This document shows positions 12,955-25,965 of a DNA stretch of 60,547 bases, piece by piece. The notes beneath the pieces are model-generated. The model was not told the DNA's origin. It ran no database searches and worked only from the letters and a program-made list of their open reading frames with translations. Position 1 is the stretch's first letter. Every line of letters begins with the position of its first letter. The translations under genes and the position numbers were made by a program. This stretch comes from Octopus sinensis. Taxonomy: Eukaryota. The stretch is taken from positions 1 to 60,547 of the forward strand of contig NW_021832546.1 in assembly GCF_006345805.1 (NCBI RefSeq), in the 5' to 3' direction.

Positions 12955-13076
12955 GCCTAATCGTACAAGAGATGGGGGAGTCCCCAAAAAAACTACTAAT
13001 TGTCAAGTGTATGAAGCCTAATCGTACAAGAGATGGGGGAGTCCCCAAAAAAACTACTAATTGTCAAGTGTATGAA
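12955..13076. repeat. Perfect 61-bp tandem duplication
   Basis: gcctaatcgtacaagagatgggggagtccccaaaaaaactactaattgtcaagtgtatgaa x2. Confidence 0.92.
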
Positions 13077-13209
13077 ATATCGAGTTTAATGTTTGATATT
13101 TGATACTTAATCTTTATATTCATGAAATTACTTACACTCCACTACATCCTTTCGCCACACTTGTGTACATCTATCTTTTTACCTACCTATATCTAACTAT
13201 CTACATTAT

Positions 13210-13307
13210 ATATATATGTATACATACATATGTATGTATGTATATATATATATATATATATACATACATATGTATGTATGTATGCATGTATATGTATGTA
13301 CAGATAT

Positions 13308-13359
<52 letters not shown>

Positions 13360-13376
13360 CATGTATATGTATGTAC

Positions 13377-13415
<39 letters not shown>

Positions 13416-14018
13416 AATGTATGTATATGTATGTATGTATATGTATGTACTAATATTGTATATATATATATATGTAAGTATGTATGTATATGCGAGTACT
13501 TATATATGTATATGTATATATGTTGTATATATTATATATTATATTTATATATATATTTTTATATAATACTTGCATATACATATTTAATTTTATGCACACA
13601 TATTTATATTATATATATATATATATAATATATATAATATAATATATATATATACGTGTGTGTGTGGTGCATAAATATAAATATGTGTAAGCGAGTAGTA
13701 TATATAATATAATATAATAGATATATATATATATATATTATATATATATATATATATACGCATACATACCTTTAGTGACTATTGCCCACCCATGAACGCT
13801 CACACGCACTCATACATACTCACATACTCACTTACACACACAGGGATGAGTGTGAGACTTGTATGTGTGTATGTATGTATGACTGTTCTTCTTGCCAATA
13901 CACACACATGCATACATACATACATACATACATACACACATGCATACATACATACATACATGCATACATGCATACATGCATACATACATACATACATACA
14001 TGCATACATGCATACATG

Positions 14019-14050
<32 letters not shown>

Positions 14051-14635
14051 CATGCATGCATACATACATACATACAAACATACATACATACGTACGTACG
14101 TACATACATACATACATACATACAAACATACATACATACATACATACATGCATGCATACATACATACATACATACAAATATACATTCATACATACATACA
14201 TACATACGTACGTACGTACATACAACATACAACATACATACATACATACATACATACAAACATACATACATACATACATACATACATACGTACGTACGTA
14301 CGTACGTACATACATACATACATACATACATACATACGTACTACCTACATACATACATACATACATACAAACATACCATTACATAATACTACATACATAC
14401 ATACATACATACAGAACATACATAACACACACATATATACATACATACATACATACATACATACATACATACATACATACGTACGTACGTACGTACATAC
14501 ATACATACATACATACATTAATGTATACAAGTTCATTTAGGGACATTAAGAAGATTCATATACGTGGTGGTGTGGTGTTGTTGGTGTGTGTTGTGTGCGT
14601 GCATATATGTATGCATATATACATGTATACATGTA

Positions 14636-14729
<94 letters not shown>

Positions 14730-14745
14730 GTATATATATATGTAT
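13210..14745. repeat. Compound (TA)n/(TATG)n/(CATA)n/(CGTA)n microsatellite field
   Basis: Direct inspection; source of the long H-T-Y-I and M-Y-V-C ORFs. Confidence 0.92.
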
Positions 14746-15432
14746 TAAAAACCACAAAACGAATATTTCTTTTGAAGGCATTTGAAATGGCGAACAGGTT
14801 GAACCTGTTTTTTGTTTTTCTTTTCTTTATTTTCTCTTCGTCGTCTTCTTCTTTCTTTGAGACAGACATAAAAATATATAAAATAACACAAAAAAAGAAT
14901 CGAATGACAAAATTAAATCTATTGAAAATACATTTTTTAGTCCATGTAGCTTTTTATTCATGATTTCCCATAGAATTTTCTTTTTTTTTTTTTTTTCATC
15001 TTAGTTATGATGAATTACATAAACCTTATTTGTTTCTTATTTCTTATTTTCTTTTTTTTTCCTTCTTTCTTTTCTTCGTTTATTTATTTGTTTATTTTCT
15101 CACTGAAGCAAATCACGTGTTTGAACATCTGAAAGTCCGGGAACGCTTTATATGGTTTGTCTTGCTTGATGAGTTGAACGAAAACTTTCTTCATGAGATC
15201 TTCTGAGATGAAACTAAGGTGGTCTGCATGAGTCATGGGGGTTTCTTAGCCTCCTTTTCTGTCCTGACCCGGCCAAACAAATCACTACTGACAACTGTTG
15301 ATAGTATTCTATACTGGTCTGTCTGCCTTCCTTTACCGCCTTCCACCACCCCAACAATAACAACAACAACAACCTGTCAAAAATATTCGCTACGAACCGT
15401 CGAATAAAAGAAGCTTCTACGTGATCGTTCTA

Positions 15433-15830
15433 TACTCTTTTACTTGTTTCAGTCATTTGACTGCGGCCATGCTGAAGCACCGCCTTTAATCGAGCAAATC
15501 GACCCCGGGACTTATTCTTTGTAAGCCCAGTACTTATTCTATCCGTCTCTTTTGCTGAACCGTTAAGTGACGGGGATATAAACACACCAGCATCGATTGT
15601 CAAGCGATGTTGGGGGGGACAAACACACTCACACAAACACACACACACACACACAAATATATATATACGACGGGCTTCTTTCAGTTTCCGTCTACCAAAT
15701 CCACTCACAAGGCTTTGGTCGGCCCGAGGCTATAGCAGAAGACACTTGCCCAAGGTGCCACGCAGTGGGACTGAACCCAGAACCATGTGGTTGGTAAACA
15801 AGCTACTTACCACACAGCCACTCCTGCGCC
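15433..15830 (-). mobile_element. Full-length family-A SINE
   Basis: Complete from head to the gaaacaagtaaaagag tail. Confidence 0.92.
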
Positions 15831-16240
15831 TAGAAATAGCAAAGAAATCCTCCTTCAAACATACGTTACAGAATAACATTAAAATAAATGTAACGAAATG
15901 CGTTAGATAACGCAGTTTTAAGTACACTAAGGTCAATTTTTAAGAGAGGGCTCACCATGATATAAACATCTTCGAGCGTAGATCTGTCTGAATCGGAACA
16001 GACCTAGGGCGAAACAGTAACTTGATAGGCAATATACTTGCAATTATATACACTACATGCATTCTGTCACGGTAATCGATCCGGCTGCTTGATCTTAAAT
16101 GTGGATGAGAGACCTGGCATCGTTGTGGTTTTCATCAACGTTTACAATTATCTTTAACGAAGTTTTGTTGATGTAATTTTTGACGCTGAATCCGAATTTG
16201 CTATTCATTTATTCTAGAAAAATTTTGCGAAAATGTTTAT

Positions 16241-16643
16241 AGGCGCAGGAGTGGCTGTGTGGTAAGTAGCTTGTTTACGAACCACATGGTTCCGGTTTCA
16301 GTCCCACTGCGTGGCACCTTGGGCAAGTGTCTTCTACTATAACCTCGGGCCGACCAAAGCCTTGTGAGTGGATTTCGTAGACGGAAACTGAAAGAAGCCC
16401 GTCGTATATATGTATATATATATATATGCGTGTGTGTGTTTGTGTGTCTGTGTTTGTCCCCCTAGCATTGCTTGACAACCGATGCTGGTGTGTTTATGTC
16501 CCCGTCACTTAGCGGTTCGGCAAAAGGGGCCGATAGAATAAGTACTGGGCTTACAAAAGAATAAGTCCCGGGGTCGATTTGCTCGACTAAAGGCGGTGCT
16601 CCAGCATGGCCGCAGTCAAATGACTGAAACAAGTAAAAGAGAG
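16241..16643 (+). mobile_element. Full-length family-A SINE
   Basis: Near-identical to 59883-60302. Confidence 0.92.
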
Positions 16644-17123
16644 GTCTTCAAAGTTTGCTAATTTTCAGAATTTTCAGCCAATCAGAAAACAACGCGTTCG
16701 CTGCCTCTTCCATCATCAGGGGTGGGACACCGTCATATCGAAATATTGCTACGAATAACTGTCAAAATATTAAAATATATAAGAGCAAAGTTAACATTAA
16801 AACATTCGACAGCAAATTAAATATTTAAAAGCTACGAACAAACAAACCAACAGGAGTTGCTAGAAATAACAGTCAAAACATTGTTTAAAACAGACATTTA
16901 TTAATTTAAAAAAATTCAAGAACGAAAGTTTGCAATACACTCTAGGAGGATTTTATGAAGTAAATCATCTTTTTCGTATCTCCTTCTCCTCCTTGTGAGC
17001 ATGCGTAGCATCTTTGGTTACTATGGAGACAGAATTTTTCACCACGGTGATGTGTAAAATACTCGCTCCTGAATGGCTAAAATACCCAAATTTTGCAAAT
17101 TTTAAAGGCTAATAACTTAGCAT

Positions 17124-17351
17124 GTAGAGGCACGTGGCTTAGTAGTTAGGGTGCTGGATTCATTGTCGTAAGATTGTGGTTTCGTTTCCTGGACCGGGCG
17201 ATGTGTTGTGTTCCTGAGCAAAACACTTCATTTCGCGTTGCTCCAGTCCACTCAGCCGGCAAAAATGAGTAATCCTGCGACGGATCGGCGTCCCGTCCAG
17301 GTGGGGAAACCGGCCCTTATGAGCCTGGCATGGCTTGGGAAGGAAACATTC
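17124..17351 (+). mobile_element. SINE head C + tail Z with 13-bp TSD
   Basis: aataacttagcat at 17111-17123 and 17352-17364. Confidence 0.85.
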
Positions 17352-17469
17352 AATAACTTAGCATACAAAACTTAATCCATATTCCAAATTTGAAAACAAT
17401 TAGAACAAAATTGTAAACAGTTACGAAAACCACAAAGATCCGAGACCCGTAAACCAGCCTTCTTTGCCG

Positions 17470-17860
17470 ATTGCCGGATTTGTTTAGCAAAGCTGTATGT
17501 GGTGGTCACGCACTGTCATGAGGAATGCAGATCACTTTCAGATTCTTGTTCGATCTCTTCCTCCTATTGGCAACTCTAAGCTTTATGAGAGTCTCAATAT
17601 ACCGCTCGCAATTCTCGGTACGGGTACGTTACAGAAAATCAAAGAGAACGACGGCCTTGTTATCACCAAAACAGTCACCGGGTCCTTCTGTGCTGATCAC
17701 TGGTTCTTATGCCTGGGGAACAGGTGTGAACAGGTGTGACGTCATTCCATGGAATGAATTTTCGTTTCCGCGTCATAAAGATACACCACACCAACGTTTC
17801 ATCCCCGGTTACCAGATCGGAAAGAAATACGTTTCATTGGCTCCAAATCCCTGCAGCTGA
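17470..17860 (-). pseudogene. Mariner transposase relic
   Basis: Frameshifted minus-strand peptides LVTGDET, YDAETKIHSME*RH, VVLFDFL, RYIETLIKLR..RRKR and HDSA*PPHTA match mariner catalytic-domain motifs (TGDETW, HDNARPH). Confidence 0.8.
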
Positions 17861-17949
17861 TCAGAGCGGACACCCACTCTTCTCTTCTCTAAATAGGATG
17901 TCAACTGGCAAGGAACCCACTTTGCATATACATCCCGATAACCAAAGTA

Positions 17950-18365
17950 TCCACAAGGGGCTACACACAGAGAGGACAAATAATGACAGACAAAAGGATT
18001 AAGTCGTTTACATCGACCCCAGTGCGTAACTGGTTCTTATTTAATCGACCCCGAAAGGATGAAAGGCAAAGTCGACCTCGGCGGAATTTGAACTCAGAAC
18101 GTAGTGGCAGACGATATACCTATTTCTATTTCTATTTCTTTACTACCCACAAGGGGCTTAACACAGAGAGGACAAACAAGGACAGACAAACGGATTAAGA
18201 CGTTTACATCGACCCCCGTGCGTAACTGGTACTTAATTTATCGACCCTGAGAGGATGAAAGGCAAAGTCGACCTCGGCGGAATTTGAACTCAGAACGTAG
18301 CGGCAGACGAATTACCGCTAAGCATTTCGCCCGGCGTGCTAACGATTCTACCAGCTCGCCGCCTT
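17950..18365 (-). mobile_element. Family-B SINE tandem dimer
   Basis: Full copy 18135-18365 followed by a head-less unit. Confidence 0.88.
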
Positions 18366-18989
18366 ACCATAAGTTTCTTACCACACAACCAAACCTGCAC
18401 CTCCATTTGCCCATTACAAAGTGAGTGCGGTGTGATGTGAGAGCGGGCGAGAGAGAAAGAGATTTGGTTGCTATTTCTAGCTGGTCAAGCGACCGTTTGA
18501 GAGGCTTTCATGTTATTGTAAGTTTGTATAACTCTCAGCCTTCATTTACATTTTTTATTTTGCTCTATTTTCTTTTTTTTTCGTAACACAAATTACTCAC
18601 GAATTTTTTTTACTTTGAAAGGTTTAACAGAGTTTTGTTGACATTTATTTAACTATTTCAAACCCACCATAAATGGTAGCTGTTCTTATATTTCAGAGTT
18701 AATGGCCAGTTATATGATTAAAATATCTCAGTCAACAAAGTCAAAAATAAACGATTGACAACCCTGTTTTGCATGGCAACCAAACACACCTCACCCTCTT
18801 TCTCTCCCTCTCTCACTCTCTTTCCTCCCACCCACTCACAGGCACATATATAATATAATACATATATAATTCACACACACAAACATTTATATGCACTTAT
18901 ATATATATATATGTATATGCACATATATGCACATACATGCATATGTATATATATGTATATGTATGTATGTTGTTGTTGTTGTTGTTTGT

Positions 18990-19262
18990 TCCTTCTCATA
19001 AGGTCCGGTTTCCCGGTTTCCTTGGCGTATAGGTTCCCCACCTGGACGGGACGCCGGTCCGTCGCAGGTGAGCTGCAAGATGCAGGAGGAAAGAGTGAGA
19101 GAAAGTTGTAGCGAAAGAGTCAGTAGAAGTTCGCCATTACCTTCTGCCGGAGCCGCGTGGAGCTTAGGTGTTTCGATCATAAACACACACATTGCCCGGT
19201 CTGAGATTCGAACCCGCGATCCCTCGACCGCGAGTCCGCTGCTCCAACGACTAGGCCATGTC
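18990..19262 (-). mobile_element. tRNA-derived SINE, head D + tail Z
   Basis: Head catggcctagtcgttggagcagcggactcgcggtcgagggatcgcgggttcgaatctc; tail shared with 17280-17330. Confidence 0.85.
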
Positions 19263-19300
19263 CCTACACACACACACAAACACACATACACATACGTATA

Positions 19301-19376
<76 letters not shown>

Positions 19377-19397
19377 GAGAGAGATAGAGAGATAGAG

Positions 19398-19442
<45 letters not shown>

Positions 19443-19539
19443 TAGATATACGCATATATATTCATACACGCGCTCACACACAAACACGCTTTGTTTCTCT
19501 TTCTCGCTCTCTCCCTTCTCCCTTTCCTTTTTTCTCTCT

Positions 19540-19570
<31 letters not shown>

Positions 19571-19849
19571 TTTTCATTCATTCCTTTCTGTCGAAGAGAG
19601 TAAGCTCGAAACATCAAAGACTTTTCCATTCTTCTCGAGCATCAAACTAATACACTTGCTTGTTATTCCTTCACCTGTCTTTCTCTTTTGTTTTGTTTAT
19701 TTTTGTACATTTGAACCATACATATGTATGCATATATATACATTTTTTGTATTTCATGTATTTAATATACTTTATTATATTGATCTGTCTAATTTGCTTA
19801 TTTGCTTATCCTTACATTTACTTGTATATATATATTATATATTGTTATA

Positions 19850-20031
19850 TTTCGGAATGGTCATTTTGCCAGTCTAGCCAATAAAAACACACGCACTATA
19901 TATTTGGTGTTATTTTGCTTCAGTGTTATTTATTTTTTACATTAATCTTAATCTTATTTCGGTCAGAGTTCTTTCGTCACACTCCTGTGACCGCATCAGT
20001 GTGACGAAATAAGATTAAGATTAATGTAAAA
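19850..20031 (-). mobile_element. Short fold-back element with a hammerhead-like motif at the apex
   Basis: Arms ~19935-19965 and 20002-20031; minus strand CTGATGC g gtcac aggagt gtgac GAAA gaac TC tgacc. Confidence 0.6.
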
Positions 20032-20608
20032 TTTGAGCCCATCCCAAATCAATCGTGAGTTTGATCTGTTGTGAGCCCATCCCAGATCAATCGCAGTTGA
20101 AAATCTATAGCGAAAGACGTTCCAGTCGTAAGCATTTCTATATTTGTATATCAGAAACTATTTAGTCCAAGTCCAATATAGCTTTCATATAAAGGTGCAA
20201 TCTATGGCTGTTGAGTGATTCTTTCAACAGGATTATAACAGCTGAACACGTTCGAGTGTTTACCACTTTTGACATGTCTGATGGCAAAAGTGTTTGATGT
20301 CAAAAACGCTTGTAAAAACTACAATGGGTCTGTTATATTATTGATGTAAATATATAGAGTTTAATCAAATCTAAAACTCATATAACTTTGTATAAAAGTG
20401 GAACAAATCTATTGTTTTGAATTACGTTTGAATTTATTATGACACTTTTTCCCTCTACTCATAATTTAAAGTATCGTGTTTCGTGTACTTTAGCAAAATA
20501 TTGTCATTTTAATGGCGCTAAATATGTGTGCATGCGTATATGTGTGTGTGTGTGTGTGTACACATATGTATATGTGCATCATATACATGCATACACCCAC
20601 TCATCCAC

Positions 20609-20651
<43 letters not shown>

Positions 20652-21986
20652 CGTTTCCGCATAGTCACTTCTGCTAAGAGCCTCATTGTTATACAAGGCA
20701 ATCTTGTGTTTAGAATGTTCCTATTGGCGGATAGAGACCCTTTTTTACTATTCCAGCTTTTTGCTATTCCACTGATCCCAAATCTTGGATAATTGGATTC
20801 TATGTGGTTGTAGTAAAACGTTTTCTTTAGCATTTGGGAAGAGTCGTACAACTGAGAAGAGATGCCTAATGTAACATCAAGAATGTTTACAATTTCGGTA
20901 TTTTAGTGGGTATGTCATCAATGCGTTCGTAGATAGTTGATGGCATGGATGTGGTACTGATGAGAGAACAATAATTCTTGAAATATATATGAGGGTGCGA
21001 AGCGAACTTCTTAACAACACAGCCACGCTTGTTCCAGTTTTAACCCATTAACTGCCAAATTTTTTATTCGCATTATTTAGCTTTGCCAGGTGTCTTAGGA
21101 GTTTAAATAATATATAGTATTTAAATTTTCTTCGTATGTGAATTATTTTGGAAATTATGATAAATTTTTCGAAAAGTCCCACAGGGGCATCACTGAAAAA
21201 GAACGTATTTATCCTTTTCTATTCAACTGCAATAACAAACATTTTAGTTGTTTTTTTATCTATAGTATCAAATTCGAGTGTATGATGGGTAATGCAAACA
21301 AAAAAAAAGCATTTTCAAAACAGACAATATTTTTGTAGTTCAAAAATTGCGATTCATGACATAAAATTCCTCTAGAATTAGCCAGAGCTTATAATGACAA
21401 ACTTTAACTACTAAACACATCCCTGCAAATGCAATATACATAAGCAATTCACTTTCAATACAACGAACAACCAACCGACAATGAGAGCGTTTTTAGCAGA
21501 TCCCCAAAAGGGGCTTATGGCAGGCATTGATTAAGGATCAGCAAGAAATAATATCCGTGTATTCCCATGAAAACAAAAATTAAATGCATTTTTATTGATT
21601 GTTTCTTAAATTTCTTGGACTTGTTATATATTGCAAGAAAATAGGGGAATCCTGTTCAAAGTTTGAAAAATTTCGACAAAATAGGACAAAAATTGCAAGG
21701 TAGGTAATTCGAGTTGTTGATTTTAAGCAAGGTGATAATTGTTACCTCGCTATCAGGTGCCAATAACTGCCATGTATCCGGTTTTGTCAAGTGTCGTGAC
21801 ATTGCGTTCCTTGTCTAGTACACTCCTCTTAGCACCAAAACTAAATATAGCAATATAGGTAATTTTAACCCTTAGCATATCGCTGTTTACATTGCTTTTC
21901 TATCTCACCTGTGTATGAACAAATAAATACTAGTAATAAGCTTGGTTCGAATTACTTTAGCATCGTTCTCACTTGGATGACGATTT

Positions 21987-22750
21987 TACAAGGGTGGGCC
22001 GAAAAGTTTAAACGTTGATTATAAAGGAGTGATAACACAGCTGTGAAATTTAACAGGCATTAATTTCAACGCTTTTTCTTAATAACTATATCGTTTCTTT
22101 CCCGGTAAACTGACATCTGACGGTCCGCGAAAGACTTCAAAAGTAACTGGTTGTAACTTCTCTTGAAAATTGACAAAATTTAACATCGTGGATTTATCAA
22201 GTGTCTGCAGAAAAGGGTATAGTCCCCGAAGACAATGATGCTGACATGGTTGCTACATTAGGGGGATGATGTTCCACCTTTATCAACGGTGCAAAAGTGG
22301 GCAGATGAATTCTGGAGGAGAAGGAAGAGTCTTGAAGATGATCCGACTTCTGGACGTCCTCTGCAACTACCACTACCAAGGAAAACATTGATCGTATTCA
22401 CGACATGGTGAGAGAGTTGAGAATATTCTGCACAATGACGAAAGTTTCTGCTCGATGGGTGCCACGTCTTTTGACACCTGATCCAAACTGCACGAAGTTG
22501 ATCACATCAAAGAGAAAACCGACATTGTTTGAGGTCGCCCCGTTTGGCTTCCTTGAACGTGTCCTAACCCAGGATGATTTTTGGGTTCATCACTTTGAGT
22601 CGGCGACAAAGAGACGATCCATGCTGTGGAAATAGCCCTTCTCACCTGCTCCAAAGAAGACCAAGGTCGTTTTATCTGCAGTGAAAGTGATGGTCCCAGT
22701 TTTTGGGAGGGATCATCGGATTTATTGACAATATTCAAAGGGGCCGTTGC
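21987..22750 (+). pseudogene. Mariner transposon relic (5' end and partial transposase)
   Basis: Terminal tacaagggtgggccgaaaagttt; peptides ESLEDDPTSGRP, KVSARWVPRLLT, LTQDDFWVHHFESATKRRSMLWK. Confidence 0.85.
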
Positions 22751-23351
22751 TGTGCGTGAGTGTAGTTTGAGATGGTTAAAGAAATTGATCCCAGTACTAA
22801 TTTGTTTTATTTTGTTTTGTTTTTTCTTCTTTGATTTTTTTTTTTTTGATTTTTTTAAAGTCTGAAACTTATTCTAGCGTTCTCTTGCGCGGAATCTTTG
22901 AGTTATGGGAATGTGAACAAACCAACAGCTGATGTAAAATTAAGTCAGCGTCGAATCAACGTCCGCGTCAACATGTCTCGTGTCCTGAGACGGATTTCTC
23001 TCTTTCATATGCGTTGACGCCAGGTTCAAAGATCTGGGAAGGAATAACAAAGCCTCCTGAAGTGTTACTTCCTACTGCGACAGTCTTGACTTCTTCCTCC
23101 CTTCACTTCACCAACAGTTTCGGAAGCTCTACTAAAGGACACACGCACCCACACTCGCACGCACACGCGTCTATCGAAATGTTAAACGTCGTAAACAGTG
23201 ACTTGGTAAAAGGGAAAAAGCTCAACCACAACCGTGAAGGGAACTTCATGGGAAAAAAGGTGGGATTACAAAGGAGTAATTCACTTTGAATTGTTACCAC
23301 CTAATGCAACAATCAATGCTCAATATATAATATAAATATATATAAATATAT

Positions 23352-23703
23352 CACTGTACATATCTCTATGAGAGATTTAGAAATTTAATATTTCTGATTT
23401 TGGTAATCAGTGACTAAACTTCACTGAATTTAGATATATACTTTTGCGAGTCGAGGCAGATATCAACGGCTGACGGGCGTCTGCTACTCTAGACCGATGA
23501 AGGACAATGATCCTGAAACATGCGTGTCTCTAGATGCAGGCCTGCCTGCTGGGGGGTGTTTGTCTCCCCTTCGTAAATGTATATAAGGACACGGGAAAAA
23601 TGTGTCAAAGCCATCAGGAGGCGTCGATGCTTCCTAGGGCTAAACAGCGGTGGTGTAACCCCCTACTGTCACGTTCACGTTAGATTGACAGTATACAACC
23701 ATT

Positions 23704-23705
<2 letters not shown>
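23352..23705 (+). mobile_element. ~360-nt retrozyme/Penelope-pLTR-like monomer containing a type I hammerhead
   Basis: Flanked by TA-rich tracts; related permuted pieces at 48366-48452 and 53738-53972. Confidence 0.7.
23488..23534 (+). ncRNA. Type I hammerhead ribozyme (U4C variant), predicted cleavage after C23528
   Basis: TCTAGA-CCGATGA-AGGA caatga TCCT-GAAA-CA tgcg TG-TC-TCTAGA; all three stems pair; stem I extends via ctgc/gcag. Confidence 0.75.
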
Positions 23706-23742
<37 letters not shown>

Positions 23743-23745
<3 letters not shown>

Positions 23746-23965
23746 ATAACAATAGTAAGATAACAAAAGAAAGAAAGGGACCTCGATATTATGTAAATAG
23801 AGGAATTTATCTGTAAATGTAATATGTGACAATTATTCGGTAGCCATGATAAAACTCCGAGTTTCGGATGCCGAGTCGGAAATCCACGCCACCATCTCTT
23901 CAGTTTTCCGGCCATCGGAAAAAAAGCTTTTTTCCGATGGCCAGATAACTGAAGAGATGGCGGCA
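23743..23965 (-). mobile_element. Short element with canonical-core hammerhead (23843-23913, minus) and terminal fold-back
   Basis: ga(a/t)aa-CTGAAGA-gatg...catcc-GAAA-ctcggag-TT-ttatc; inverted arms 23888-23925 and 23928-23964. Confidence 0.68.
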
Positions 23966-24029
23966 GAGGCCTTCACACTACTAATAGCACAACTACTAAT
24001 AGTACCGCTGCTGTTGCTGTTGCTGTTGA

Positions 24030-24397
24030 GCGAACGGTCTTCGTCCCAGAGCTCGCAAGATGGGAGAAGTCCGAAACGTGGTCCTTTGCTATTCGAAAGA
24101 CCCGCAGAAGAGAAAGCAGGTCAACCCCCGACACCGAGAGCATCGACGGATGGATGAATGCGCATCCAGGCTCAGCGGTTGCGTAGGAAGTCGGGGACAA
24201 GAAGCAGGAAGAAAGAGTGAGAGAAAGTTGAGGCGAAAGAGTACAACAGGGGTGGCCACCCCACCCCCTGCCGGAGCCTCGTGGAGCTTTGGGTGTTTTC
24301 GTTCAATAAACACACTCAACGCCCGGTCTGGGAATCGAAACCGCGATCCTCCGACCGCGAGTCCGCTGCCCTAACCATTGGACCATTGCGCCTCCAC
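24030..24397 (-). mobile_element. tRNA-derived SINE, head D + tail W
   Basis: Head ggaggcgcaatggtccaatggttagggcagcggactcgcggtcggaggatcgcggtttcgattccc. Confidence 0.85.
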
Positions 24398-24694
24398 TTG
24401 CTGTTGCTGCTGCTGGTGCAGCTGCTACTTCTTGACTTGTTAGTAGTAACAGCTAAATATCCCTCAAATTACGAGATACTGTCTAAAAATAACGAAGAAG
24501 ATATTGGCTAATGTTGTCGTAGATATACAATCAGTCGTGATAGTCTTGGTTGGCTTGTGCACTTTTATCATAGATTAGGGTTGATCTGGAACTAAACAAC
24601 TACAGCAACAACAACAACCACAATATAACAATACATATATATATATATATACACACAGCAATATTTATTTCAAAATAAGATTTCTATAGGTACC

Positions 24695-24925
24695 TATTTC
24701 TTTATTACCCACAAGGGACTAAACACAGAGGGGACAAACAAGGACAGACATAGATATTAAGTCGATTACATCGACCCCAGTGCGTAACTGGTACTTAATT
24801 TATCGACCCCGAAAGGATGAAAAGCAAAGTCGACCTCGGCGGAATTTGAACTCACAACGTAACGGCAGACGAAATACCGCTAAGCATTTCGCCCGACGTG
24901 CTAACGTTTCTGCCAGCTCTCCGCC
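24695..24925 (-). mobile_element. Family-B SINE with 17-bp TSD
   Basis: agatttctataggtacc at 24678-24694 and 24926-24942. Confidence 0.92.
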
Positions 24926-25549
24926 AGATTTCTATAGGTACCACTGTTTTTGGGTTGTTCCGTAGCCAAACCGGAAACGAACGTAATAAAATGGTTGTAG
25001 AACAAAAGTGTAATGAAATGTCAGGAAAACGTTAACACGGAGACTGTTTCAAATGTCTGTGTCTTGTGAAGTCGCTGACTGTGGCAGATCTGGTTTAAAT
25101 TACTGGGAAATAGGCGATGTCGGAACCAGATCTAAGAGGGTGGCGGCGGGATTAGAGAGACAGAAAGAACAATGAACAGAGATATGTGATGCAGGGACCT
25201 TTAAAGCCAACTTTAAATAATAAATTACCGAAGCAAATTAATTAGAGGCGAAACACATAGAAAAAACAAAAGTTGAGTTAGGGTTGATATATTTAATGAA
25301 GTGAGCTTATAAAAAAACAAGCTAATTAAAAATAATAATAATAATAATGCCGAGTGGAAAGGACATTAACTCCATGACTAATATATATTTTTTAATTCAT
25401 TTTATTTGTTGAATTCATTTCATGTTTCATGTTTGTTACACCTCCTCAGTGAATCATAGAATTCCTTTGCTGTTCTTACCGAAGTGGTAATGGAATAACC
25501 ACTAAGTAGATGCAAAATGCCATACACGTGTGGGCGTAAAAATTCTATC

Positions 25550-25965
25550 TCTCTGTCTATCCGTTCAGTCGAAGTCGACTCTCGGTTACTCGATGGATCA
25601 GTGTCCTCCAGCCAGTTCTATCCTGTGTCGCTTCTTTCAGATTGGATATGGCCATTCCCGTGTCACTCTTGATGGTGTCAAGCCAGCAGGTTTTTTGTCG
25701 GCCTCTTCCTCTCTTGCCACTAACCATTCCGAGCATGATATCCTTCCCCAGGGATTTTCTCCGCATAACCGAAATATGCCAATCTATGCTTGGTGATCCT
25801 AGCTTCTAACAACAGTTTCGGCTTGATCTGGTTAAGAACTTCTCCATCGGTGAGCCTCGCTGTCCATGGAATCCTTAAAAGTCTTCTCCAACACCAAAGC
25901 TCGAATGCATTAATTATCTTCTGGTCAGCTTAATTTAGTGTCCAGGTTTCGCATCCATATGTTGC
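25550..25965 (-). mobile_element. RTE-clade LINE 3' fragment
   Basis: YGCETWTL, INAFELWCWRRLLRIPWTAR, LGMVSGKRGRGRQKTCWLDTIKSD...WRTLIHRVTESRLRLNG. Confidence 0.88.

Larger units (their letters stand above)
16105..17460. mobile_element. Old DNA-transposon-like element with imperfect inverted ends, hosting two SINEs
   Basis: ttgtggttttcatcaacgtttacaatt (~16122-16149) versus inverted aattgtaaacagttacgaaaaccacaa (~17409-17435). Confidence 0.4.

Noticed and set aside
13782-14661. 252-289 aa ORFs (HTYI / MYVC repeats)
   Set aside because: Translations of stop-free (CATA)n microsatellite
15080-15373. Minus-strand exon-like segment after tttttgacag
   Set aside because: Begins in a (GTT)n repeat; all frames stop within ~55 codons; no homology recognised
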